This document shows, one piece after another, positions 30,108-40,680 of a stretch of 64,000 nucleotides of DNA (position 1 is its first letter; each line of letters begins with the position of its first letter). Under the pieces are notes generated by a model, which was given only the letters and a program-made list of their open reading frames with translations, did no database searches and was not told the DNA's origin. The position numbers and the translations under genes are program-made. Source of the stretch: a virus (lineage: Duplodnaviria > Heunggongvirae > Uroviricota > Caudoviricetes); the IMG/VR virus record IMGVR_UViG_3300018475_000004, one strand, 5' to 3'.

Positions 30108-32237
30108 TTAGAATGTTCCCCATACGAAGCTAACATTTACGGTGCAGTCTTTTCCTTCGCCAGAAATATTAGTTACAATATTCTCGCTAGCAGAAATAAC
30201 AGAAACAGTTCCTAAAACTTCACCTAAATGGCTCTTCATCTTGATCTTGGCATCTTCAACAACCAATTCAGGATCATTGAAAGTAGAATAACCAGTCTTA
30301 ACCCAGATGAAGAAATCCTTCTTAGCATTAGCATCAGCTAAAGTAGCACCGTCTGCCTGATCATCTCTAGCAACCAATAAGTCACCAATCTGAGGCTCAG
30401 TTTCAGCGTTACTAAAAGCAGTAGTTACAACGTAAGTGTCACCAGCCTGGATTCCAGAAGCAGGTAAGCTGTCATAACCGGTTACGCTACCCTTGAAGGA
30501 CATGGAGTTTGCGGCAGCCATATTCTCATTAATCAGATCTAGCAAAGCCTGGTCTTTTTCGTCAGCAGTATTAGCAGCCTGAGTTAAAGCATCGGCAATA
30601 GCATCTTCACGATCCTTGGTTTCAGCACTAATTAAATTAGTTAACTCTTCGTCTCTCTTCTCACGAGCCTCAGTTTCAGAAGTCAAAGCATTGTTTAAAT
30701 TATTGATAGCAGTCTGACGGGCTTGAGCTTCCTGCTGAATTGTGTCATCAGTATCAGTTGCCCAATCCTCTAAATCTTTAATTTGTTTTGAAGCAGTTGT
30801 CTTCCAATTTTCTAAAGTAGAAACTTTACCATCAGTTGCAGCCAAACCATTAGAAACAGTAGTAATCTTTCCGTCTAACTCAGTATCGGCATTAGTACGA
30901 GCTGTCTTTTCCTGTTCTAAAGCAGTATCGACATTAGCGATAGCTTGAGCATTAGCCTGATCAGCTGCTTGACGGTCTGCAATTTCTTTATTCAAATTCA
31001 ACCGAACAGCATCAGCACTAGAGCCAGCCTCACCAATCAAACCTTCCAGTCTTTCGACTTCTTCGGCCAATTCGCCATCCAAGGCTTCAATAGCATCAGC
31101 ATTAGCTTGATCGCCAGTGGCACGGTCTACCAATTCTTGAGCTAAACCAGCTTTATTAGTGTCAGACTGAGTCTTAGCATCGTTAGCAATACCAGTAGTG
31201 GCAGCTAAGCTACTAGTTAAACCAGTAATAGACTGCTCTAAAGCATTCTTATCAGTAGTGTGAGTATTAGTTAGGTTAGTAATAAGTGTTCTTAACTTGC
31301 CTTCAACTCCAATAGCACGAGAAGCTTCATTGGCGGCAGCTGTGGCAGCTTCATCAGCCTTAGACTGAGCATTAGCAGCAGCAGTCGCATTAGCTTGCTC
31401 AGCAGCCTTAGCACGAGCAGCTTCATCAGTCAAACCAGTTGTTAAGGTACTGATATTACCAGTATTCTTATCTACATCGGTACGTAAGCCATTTTCAATA
31501 CCAGTTGCACGTTCCTGCTCTGCAAGAACCTTAGCATTTACATAATCAACAATGTTAGTAGCAACTCCATCTGGTAATTGACCAAACAAAGTCTTTAAGT
31601 TAGAGATATCACCCTCATTGGTACTAACACGTCCACTTAGAGTGGTAATACTGCCTTGTAAAGCCTCATCGCCATCTTCTCTAGCCTCAATTTCAGCATT
31701 TAAATCTGCTCTTAATTGGGTTAAAGAATCAGTAGAGCCATCTCCACCGCCAGTTAAAGCATCAATACGATTTCTTAGGGCGGCTTCAGCGTTAGTAGCA
31801 CGAGTAGTCTCAGTAGCTAAATTAGTTTGCAAGGTCTTAATATAGCCCTCATTAGTAGTAATTCTAACATCAAGGGCCGCAATATCAGCATTTACATCAC
31901 TTAAATCATTGATAAGTACAAAAGTCTTTTCGCTCTTCTTGTACTTCATCAAAGCATTCTCTTGGATAGAGTAGTATAAGCAATGCTCAGAGAAAGCTTT
32001 GTCAGGATCTGTAGCAGCTGCGGCAGCAGCCTTGATATCGTCAAAGCTAGCAACAGAGATGAAATCACCGACACGGACTCTCTTAGCAACACCGCCGCCT
32101 TCATCAGTAGTTAAATCTAGATAAATACCAGGCTCATCAGTACAGAAAGAAACGGCACCAGGAACAATATTATCGCCAGCTAAAATCTGGTCGATTGTAC
32201 CTCTTCTAAATAATAAACTTAATTTTTCATCAGCCAT
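30108..32237 (-). CDS. Tail fibre/spike protein with long coiled-coil (709 aa, no TAG)
   Basis: N-terminus LLFRRGT...ILAGDNIVPGAVSFCTDEPGIYLD resembles the conserved phage tail-fibre / HylP-type N-terminal domain; Ala/Thr/Asn-rich heptad region; ribosome-binding site AAGGAGG. Confidence 0.65.
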   Translation of the reverse strand: MADEKLSLLFRRGTIDQILAGDNIVPGAVSFCTDEPGIYLDLTTDEGGGVAKRVRVGDFISVASFDDIKAAAAAATDPDKAFSEHCLYYSIQENALMKYKKSEKTFVLINDLSDVNADIAALDVRITTNEGYIKTLQTNLATETTRATNAEAALRNRIDALTGGGDGSTDSLTQLRADLNAEIEAREDGDEALQGSITTLSGRVSTNEGDISNLKTLFGQLPDGVATNIVDYVNAKVLAEQERATGIENGLRTDVDKNTGNISTLTTGLTDEAARAKAAEQANATAAANAQSKADEAATAAANEASRAIGVEGKLRTLITNLTNTHTTDKNALEQSITGLTSSLAATTGIANDAKTQSDTNKAGLAQELVDRATGDQANADAIEALDGELAEEVERLEGLIGEAGSSADAVRLNLNKEIADRQAADQANAQAIANVDTALEQEKTARTNADTELDGKITTVSNGLAATDGKVSTLENWKTTASKQIKDLEDWATDTDDTIQQEAQARQTAINNLNNALTSETEAREKRDEELTNLISAETKDREDAIADALTQAANTADEKDQALLDLINENMAAANSMSFKGSVTGYDSLPASGIQAGDTYVVTTAFSNAETEPQIGDLLVARDDQADGATLADANAKKDFFIWVKTGYSTFNDPELVVEDAKIKMKSHLGEVLGTVSVISASENIVTNISGEGKDCTVNVSFVWGTF

Positions 32238-32257
32238 TATTAGTAATCCTCCTTATA

Positions 32258-33679
32258 TTAAGTAGTGACAAAGTCAGATAACTCATGCCAAGCAAAACGA
32301 TCCTCAAACTCAGACTTAGTTAAATAAGTTTGAGAAACTTCAATCTTATAAGCAGTTAAAGTTGTATCCAAAGATTGTAAAGAAGCATTTAAAGCAGCTA
32401 AGTCAGTAGATAAACTATCTACATTATTAGACAAATTCTTAAAATCTTCATTTAAATCCAATTCAGCAATCTTAGAACCACTTACGGAAACAATAGATAA
32501 AGTGCGGTTTTCATCAATTGCTAATTCATTTTCATCAACCGCATTGATAACATTTTTCTCGCCCTCTGCATTCATTGCCTCTAACTTTGCAATTAGAGTA
32601 TCATCAACTAAGCTCTTGCCTGGGACAATAGTGACTTTAGAGTCAATACCAGACTGTAAAGATAAAATAGTTGTATGATTTGCAATATTAGCAGTATCAG
32701 GTAAGCTGATAAGTTTTAACTTACCATCAGTAATTTCAAACTCATCACTAACTTCATTGATAACGTTCTTTTGAGCGCCTTCTTCAATGGTAGCTAATTT
32801 AGCAGTCTGAGCTGTAGACATTAGTCCATAGCCATCAACTTTATCAACTTTTCCATCAAGATCATCCTTGGTGGCATAATTATCAAGATTAACTTCCCAA
32901 GAACCTAATCTTTCAATCCCACCATCAATAACCATATATTCATCATATACGTCATTTACTAAGCCTTCTAAAACAGGAACTAAGTAAATAGTATTAGAAA
33001 CATTAGCATCTTCATTATCAATATCCGCCTGAATGTCATCTAAACTATCAACTTTTTTATATACTAGATGTCCAGCCTTAGCAATTTCAGCTAAGGTCTC
33101 TTCTTTAGTATAAACATTCTCTAAAGCCTTCTCATTCAAAGAAACCTGGATACCCAAGCTCTCAACAGTACCCTGTAAATCACTTACAGAAGTCTGTAAA
33201 GTGCTTAAAGAACTATTTACACCTTCCAATGTAGTTGAATTTGGCTCAAACCAACCTAATACCAATTGACCGGCTTCACTAGTTACTTTTGGTTCTAGAC
33301 CAGCAATCCAAGGATGGTTTTCATCAACTTCCTGTAAAGTATATTCTTCGGTTTCTGCGTCATATTTATAATAACGCTTACCAAAATCTTTGAAAGCTAC
33401 TGCGCCATTATCCAAAACAATAGTTTTGTTATCAGCAACAACAGCAGAGCCAACTTTTTCTAAATCTCCAGCTAAGTTAGTAATAATATAAGCATTAGCT
33501 ACATCATCAACAACCAAGCTTAAAATCTGACCTACATAGGCAGTAGGATCACTAGCTGCATAAGCAGCCATCAAATCATAGTCATACCATAAGGCAGTAC
33601 TATCCAGAGGAATTGGATTATTTCTCTGAATAGCAGCAGGCAAGTACATGACATTAAAATCTTGTCTAATTACAGCCAT
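32258..33679 (-). CDS. Tail fibre-associated structural protein (473 aa, no TAG)
   Basis: Intact ORF in the fibre cluster. Confidence 0.55.
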   Translation of the reverse strand: MAVIRQDFNVMYLPAAIQRNNPIPLDSTALWYDYDLMAAYAASDPTAYVGQILSLVVDDVANAYIITNLAGDLEKVGSAVVADNKTIVLDNGAVAFKDFGKRYYKYDAETEEYTLQEVDENHPWIAGLEPKVTSEAGQLVLGWFEPNSTTLEGVNSSLSTLQTSVSDLQGTVESLGIQVSLNEKALENVYTKEETLAEIAKAGHLVYKKVDSLDDIQADIDNEDANVSNTIYLVPVLEGLVNDVYDEYMVIDGGIERLGSWEVNLDNYATKDDLDGKVDKVDGYGLMSTAQTAKLATIEEGAQKNVINEVSDEFEITDGKLKLISLPDTANIANHTTILSLQSGIDSKVTIVPGKSLVDDTLIAKLEAMNAEGEKNVINAVDENELAIDENRTLSIVSVSGSKIAELDLNEDFKNLSNNVDSLSTDLAALNASLQSLDTTLTAYKIEVSQTYLTKSEFEDRFAWHELSDFVTT

Positions 33680-33693
33680 TCTTCAATTCCTCC

Positions 33694-35181
33694 TTAGTTC
33701 AAAGTAATTTTATGGACTTCATCAACACCCATTTTACTTGGAGCATAAACCCAAACTTCATACTCAGCAGCGGTAGCACCATTAGCACCTTCAACCATAA
33801 CATTATCTTGCTGTACATAGTCAGCAGTGCAATTATAATTCATAGATTCAGGCATAATAATTTCTTTAATACCATTACGAGTATTAGAAGCAGGAATAGC
33901 AATAATAATACGAGTAGGATTATTAATAGTTTCTGCGTCAACAGTAATAACCTTACCGGCATTATAATTCCAAGAAGTAGCTAAACCTCTAATTACAGCA
34001 GAGTCAATAGCTCCAGTACCATTATCAACACCAACAAAAGAAGCGCGATAACCAATAATAGAACTAGTAGCCTTAGTTACGGAACCACCCTTGATATATT
34101 CTGCGCTTTCTTGCTGTAAGTTATTATAGGCTTTAACACCATCAGTATAAGTAGCAGTAATTGCTACAGAATACTTAGTATCATCAGTAATGGTAATTTC
34201 TGGCATGGAGCCAGAAGCTGTATTAGCAGTATTGTTATTGGTATCAACAACACTATAACTACTAACAGTTACGCCAGTACTTTCAGGGCCAAATTCATAA
34301 CTACCAGGAGTGAAAGTAGAAGTATACTTAGGAATTACAGAAGTGCCAACTTCATAAGAAGTCTTAGTTCCATCCCAGGAGACAGTGAACTCTACATCGG
34401 TAATTGTTGGATCTTTTACCTCAGAGAACAACTTATTAAAGAACTCAGCAACATTCAAACCTGCGGCCTGAACTTCAATATTACCAGACTCTGGAATTTT
34501 TACTGTACCTACATTTTCAGTAAATACAAAATCGCTTTTGAAGTAAACATTTTCAGCGTTATAATTGCCATCCATGGCGGCCCAATTTGTACCGTCATAT
34601 ACATAAGCAGTATGCTCATACATATCATTAGCAATTAAGACTCTTACGATTGCTACATCATTTTTATGCAATTCAGCACCATTTACGATGCGAACGATTG
34701 CGGCCTCCTTGCTCTCATCTGCTTCTGCGGTTACTTGATAAACAACAGCATTAGAAGCAGCTCCTGCGCCTTCAGGAACGGCCCAAGTGCCGTCCGCACG
34801 CAAGAACATATTTTCTTCGCCCTTTGCGGGGGCTGGCACTAGGCCAGCCTTACCGTCGGACAAAGAAGAAGAGCCAACAAATACTAATGCTTCTTTACTA
34901 CAATTTACCCAAGCACCTTGAGATTGATTGTAGATTAGAAAGGAAGCATCAGATAAGTCTAAGGAATTTACAATGACATCAGATAAGTCGTTTAAACTTA
35001 GTAATTCAGATAGATCTCCGCTATTGCTTTCGCCATTACCAGCAATTAACTTATTACCTAAGTACAAGCAACCTTCACTAGCAGTAGGTTCAGCAATAAA
35101 ATACAGGGTATCAATATCTTTTTCAACCAAAGCGGCGTACTGTGTAGGAGTACCTCGCATAAACTTAACGTATCTTGCCAA
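33694..35181 (-). CDS. Tail fibre-like protein (495 aa, TTG start, no TAG)
   Basis: N-terminus FMRGTPTQYAALVEKDIDTLYFIAEP...LYLGNKLIAG has the same fibre N-domain pattern; ribosome-binding site AGGAAGGAGAG. Confidence 0.6.
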   Translation of the reverse strand: MARYVKFMRGTPTQYAALVEKDIDTLYFIAEPTASEGCLYLGNKLIAGNGESNSGDLSELLSLNDLSDVIVNSLDLSDASFLIYNQSQGAWVNCSKEALVFVGSSSLSDGKAGLVPAPAKGEENMFLRADGTWAVPEGAGAASNAVVYQVTAEADESKEAAIVRIVNGAELHKNDVAIVRVLIANDMYEHTAYVYDGTNWAAMDGNYNAENVYFKSDFVFTENVGTVKIPESGNIEVQAAGLNVAEFFNKLFSEVKDPTITDVEFTVSWDGTKTSYEVGTSVIPKYTSTFTPGSYEFGPESTGVTVSSYSVVDTNNNTANTASGSMPEITITDDTKYSVAITATYTDGVKAYNNLQQESAEYIKGGSVTKATSSIIGYRASFVGVDNGTGAIDSAVIRGLATSWNYNAGKVITVDAETINNPTRIIIAIPASNTRNGIKEIIMPESMNYNCTADYVQQDNVMVEGANGATAAEYEVWVYAPSKMGVDEVHKITLN

Positions 35182-35244
35182 TATAATCTCTCTCCTTCCT
35201 AAAAATTATTTACTTATATATATTAATTTCTCAATAGAAAGAAA

Positions 35245-37401
35245 TTATGTAGTGGGTTCAGAACCTTCATCTCCTGGAGTGGGATCTGGTTCTTCTGGAT
35301 CTGGTTCTTCGGGTGCGGGTTCTAGGGCAGCAATTCTGCCTTCTAGCTCAGCTACCTTCGCAACCAGTTCATTGTAATTTTGAAGCAATAATTCTAAATC
35401 TTCAATTGCTGCACTGTTGTCTGCAACAGCACCTTCAGCCAATGCTTTTACTTGGTTTTCAGTTTCAGTTTTGGCTTCAGCAATTGCTTCACTCTTGGCA
35501 GTTGCAATAGCGCCTTCAGTTAATGCCTATATCTGATTTTCAGTTTCGGTTTTAGCTGCAGCAATTGCCTCGTTCTTGGCAGTTGCGGCCGCACCAGCCG
35601 CATCAAAAGCGTCTGTATTAGAATAAGCAGCAGTACCTAATCCTTTTACAATTACATCAGATCCATTGAAAGCGACTGTACCATTGGTACTACCAGAAGT
35701 TAAAGTATAAGTAGGAAGAGCTTTATGCTCAACTGCAATAATACCATCAGTTTCATTTACAGAATAGACATATTGTCCATCGGCAGCACTGTCAGTATAA
35801 TCTAATTTATCAATTTCATCATCAGTGTAATTATTTGCAGATTTTAAAATACCAGTTTCGCCATCATTAATTGCAATAATAGCATTAGCATTATCTGTTA
35901 CTGCACCATTGGCTAATTCATCTGTATACTTATTAGCCTTTGCTAAAATACCAGTTTCACTATCATTAATTGCGGTAATAGCATTAGTATTATCTTTTAC
36001 TGCTCCATTTGCTAAATTATCAGTATAAGACTTAGCATTTGCTAAAATACCTGTAGTAGGATCATTAATCGCGGCAATGGCATCAGTATTTGCTTTTACA
36101 GCGCCATTGGCTAAACTATCAGTATAATTTTTAGCAGTAATCAAAATGCCAGTAGCAGGATCGTTAATTGCATCAATATCAGCTTCAATTTCAATATCTT
36201 TTGCTTCTAAGTCATCTGCACGTTTTGTCAAAGCTAAAGTATCTGAAGTTAATCTATTAATATCGTCAGTTAAGTTATCAAGTCTTCCTTTATGACCAGT
36301 AAGAGTTGTTGTATTTGTCGCAACTAAATTATCTTTAATATACAAAATAACATCAATCAAGCTAATATCACTCATTTTAGTATCATCAACTCTAAAATGA
36401 GCATTATCAAAAGATTTTAAGCTTTCTCTTAATAGTGTTAAGTTACCGATAACACGAGCAATATTAACATCACGATGGTCTTCCCAGTCAGACCAAACAT
36501 CTTTGACGCTTCCATCTTCATTAAAAGTATTTTGGTGACCTGCGATTAATTCACACATATCGCCAATGGCATCAGAGACACCCGGCATCCAATAATTAAA
36601 TCCTTTATCATTGGTTGCGCCTCTGTATAGATTCCAATCACCGACATATTCTTCCAATAGATCAATATCGTCGTCTTGCTCTCCATCGTGCTCTTCATTC
36701 TTCGTCATACGAGCCTTTAGAGCATCAATTTCTTCTTGAACATCAGACTTTGGCATCTTGTATAAATGACGAGTACCAGGAATCATATGTCCTGCTCCAT
36801 CTACAGCATAAGATTCAGTAGTTACAAAGAAATCATCGGGATTTAGAATGGTTACCATTCCTTGAGTTGCTTCTAATTCCTCTTCCCATTCACCATCAAT
36901 AGTATATTTATAGATTGCATGAGAAGGATCAACATTATCTTCTTTGCTTGGAATTTCAACAACTACTCTACAGCCCTCTTCTAAAGTAAAAGTTCCGCCC
37001 TCTTCTGCAATTCTGTCAGAAGTTTCTTGAATACATCTATCAATAACCTATTCGATTTTTTCTCCATCTTGCTAAACAACCAAATACATATTTGGAACAT
37101 GATAAAAACCATTACCAGGAACATTACTCTCGGCATCTGCTTCTCTATGCCAAATCTTGAAAGATTTATCTTCTTCATTCTAAGTAAAAACAATCCATCT
37201 GTTACCAGACTTTAAGTCGATAACACCTTGGCGTCCAGGAGAATGATATTCAAAAGTATCTTCTGGAACACCCTCAGCAGGATTTGGATTTACTAATTTA
37301 TCTTCACCGGGGAAAATAATGCTGTCTTTTCCCTAGTTACTAAACCATAGTCGATTGAAAGCATCAACTAATTGGTAATATATGCTACCATAAAAACTCA
37401 T
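35245..37401 (-). CDS. Tail fibre/structural protein (718 aa, 5 TAGs) with tandem 22-aa repeat near the C-terminus
   Basis: ORFs 35527..36858 and 35245..35442 plus an upstream extension to ATG 37401 share one frame via TAGs at 37333, 37180, 37072, 37048 and 35527. ATGA coupling with the upstream gene. Confidence 0.6.
35461..35590. repeat. Tandem imperfect repeat of about 66 nt inside the fibre gene
   Basis: Encodes EAIAAAKTETENQI / EAIAEAKTETENQV. Confidence 0.5.
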
Positions 37402-37766
37402 GCGCTTCCACCTGACCCTTCAAATACAATGTCAATTAGAAGACGGTCGCCTTTGCCATCTTCATCGTACCACTTCAATGAAGGACCGTCAAATTTGATA
37501 CGGAAAATCTGTCCATAACCTTCTAAATCAATCTCATAAATACCTGTCTCGCCAATGACGATTGGGTAATTACTATCATTCAAATAGAACATTGTACCTG
37601 GACGACCTTGAATACCAAGCTTTGTGATTGCGCTATATTCATTAAAAATATTACCACCGATCAATCTTTCTGGGAAAGAAGGATCATTTGGATAATTATT
37701 TATTTTGGCAAATTCATTATTAATCAAATCAGATCCATAATATCTAAATTGTCTAATAGCTTTCAA
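37398..37766 (-). CDS. Small structural protein (about 122 aa)
   Basis: ORF 37398..37790; preferred TTG start at 37766, 9 nt after AAAAGGAGG; TGA stop overlaps the downstream ATG. Confidence 0.4.
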   Translation of the reverse strand: MKAIRQFRYYGSDLINNEFAKINNYPNDPSFPERLIGGNIFNEYSAITKLGIQGRPGTMFYLNDSNYPIVIGETGIYEIDLEGYGQIFRIKFDGPSLKWYDEDGKGDRLLIDIVFEGSGGSA

Positions 37767-37782
37767 TTCGTCCGTCCTCCTT

Positions 37783-40680
37783 TTAAACAATATTTTCTGC
37801 GGCTTTAGTAGCAGTAATACTCATTGTTCCATTATATGCTAATGGAATAGTATATTTGCTAATAATATAATCTCCGCATAGATTGGTTTCGTTGTCATAT
37901 AAATGCACACGAATATTAGGTTCCAAATAATAGATTGGAATAGTTGTAATTGTAGCATTTTCAATGCAATATCCATGAGTATAAATTAGTTCATCTAACT
38001 TATCTTTTGCGGATTTGCCTTGAGTACTAATCTTAAACATGGTCTCAATCATTGGAGCCTAAATGTATCTATAACCAGTCATTATTTCTCCCTCATCAGC
38101 AGTTCTAAAAATAATGTCCGGTGTATCTCTAAAATAAATGGATTTTACACTTGAATCATTTACAACTTTTGGCCTACGACCGACATTCTACACATTGAAT
38201 TGTGCCAGTTCTCCATCTGTATCTAAAAAGTCAAACCAGAAATTCAAGCTCTAAGGAGATTCATAAACATCTTTACGCCAATGAGGATAAAGTTCATCTT
38301 TGGTATAATAATAAGAGCTTTCTTCTTCAACTGCTTCAATTTTTGTATCGCACTTCGCAATAAGCTCTTCAATTTCAGTTAAAGTGACGTATAAAGCATC
38401 TTGGAATTGTAATAACAATGCGTCTATTCTTTCCGCATAAGCGTCATCTGTTTCATCTTCTTCTTGCTCAGGTCCAAATCGATCTAGCTCATGCACTACG
38501 CCTTCTTCGTCCTTTTCTTTTCTTACATAGAAGAAATAATCAAATTTCTTATCTAGGTTAGATAATGCTTCTTTGTTCTCTTCAATATATTCAGGAGTAT
38601 AAATAAAATTTCCAATGAACCCTTTCTCTTCCATTAATTTTGCTTTTTCATCTTGGTATTCTTGCACAGTTCTTTCAATGGGATAATATAACTGTCTCCA
38701 AAAGCCTTGTAAATCAATATAATAAGATTCATATCCAGTCAATCCAGTAGGATAATAAGGATAATTATTTTCAATAATCCGTTGCTCAAAATCTTCTTCT
38801 TGACCATGCTGATAATAGTCTAAAGCCATTTGATAAATAATTTCTCGCCAATCTTGATTATAAACACGATTTTTCATAATATCAACAACAATATTACTTA
38901 CATCGCCGCCTTCAGATTCGGGAATTTCTGGCTTATAAATGTAAGAAGTTCCTAATCCTTCTAACGCTCTTTCTAAGAAATATTCATAATAATGAGTACA
39001 TCCATTATAATGTCCATAATATCCAAGAGTTCCATCACTTTCTACATCAAAGATATAAATGTCACGATAATGATTCCATTTACCTCTACTATCATTCAAA
39101 TTCTAATCCTCAGGAGGAGCAGGGAAATAAGAATTTAAATCAATTCTTTTACTTACTGCTTCAGAACAGTATTGGCCAATACGTCCAGGAGGATAAAAAC
39201 CTTTTAGCATTTTATATCTTTCAGCCCAATCCATAATATCCCACCAATCTTCCGGTAATCCATTTGGATTTGGCTTTTTAGTAAATTCTTCATATAGCTC
39301 GCTAAAGATTTCATTATATAAATCTTCATCAGTTTTTTTCTCAGTTGTAAAGAATTTACTTCCGTCATATGTGCGGTAGAAGGTTGGTTTCTTATCAATT
39401 GCATAGCGCATATGAATTGGAATTTCAGTATTTTGAACGGAAGCACGAGTACCCCAAATTGAATAATCATTTTTCATATTAGTCAAATTAGGATTATTAT
39501 TGAAAGCAGTAATTAGCTCTCCTTCATGGAATACATAACTTTGAGAGGAAGCAATCGCCAAGCTTTCTACATATTGTTCATCATAAGAACCATCCTCATC
39601 ATCGGAACTACTATCAACCAATGGAGACCATAAAGTATTGACAAAAGAACGCTTTTTCTAGAAAATGAATTGTCCCTATAAATCATAAAAATACTCGAAT
39701 TCACCAAGCATATTTACGATCTTATCTAAAACAGAAGTAACTGTTTCACCTGCGGCCGCAATCAAATCACCTGGGTAAGTTAACTCAGTAGTTCGATAAC
39801 CTGCAGTCTAATTAGTTTCAATCTTAGCAAAATAATAAGGAATATCTTGCTTTTCTTCACTGTCCCAAATCCATACTTCAGAGGGATTAGGTGTTCCAGT
39901 CAATGGATCAACTAACATTTCTAATTCTGTATTAGTTAAATCTTTTACTTGAATGGATACTCGCTCTACTTCTTTTGTTTCTGGATTAACTCTGTCTACC
40001 TTACATTCGACTTCACCTTTTAATAAAGCGTTTGTATAAATTGGAGAATCAATATGTCTGTATAAAAACATTGGAACATCGTATTGATACTCTAAAAGCT
40101 CTAAACCATATTCTTCTAAATCATTGATAATAATATTGTGAAAAGGCTCTCCGGCGTATTGGTGAATCATTTCGCGAATAATACGATGAATTGGAAGTTT
40201 AGTAATTTTCCAAGAGCCATCAGGATTTTGTTCTTCAATTTGACCGAAATCAACAGAAGATTCAAAATTACCACCAATTTCACCATTTAGCTAACACATC
40301 TTATCTTTACCAGATACAGAAATATTAAAACTTGAGGCATTACGACTTGTATTAAATTGAGTAATTAAAAAGACACCCTAATCAAACCAGCATACTTTTG
40401 GGTAGGCAGGATTGATATAATTTTCCAATCCAATTTCTAACTTGAATTTAGTATTCAGTCCCCAATAATAATTTCGATAATCAAAATCTGCGGCGACCAT
40501 GGTTAAAGAACAAGAGCGTCTGATGGCAGAGGTTCCATCGATATTGATGGAACCCTGCGTTACACGACCTTCAATAAATTCAATAGGAGATTCATCAAAG
40601 CGCAAAGCTGTGATACGAGCATAAATGGTTTTGTTTTTATCTCTATCTAACTCTAATAAAAAATTTTTATCATAAACCAT
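37783..40680 (-). CDS. Large tail/baseplate protein (965 aa, 9 TAGs)
   Basis: Five ORF-track fragments (40378..40680, 39808..40170, 39103..39621, 38251..39099, 37783..38052) lie in one frame. They are separated only by TAGs at 40378, 40291, 39808, 39676, 39658, 39103, 38251, 38188 and 38059. Confidence 0.6.
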
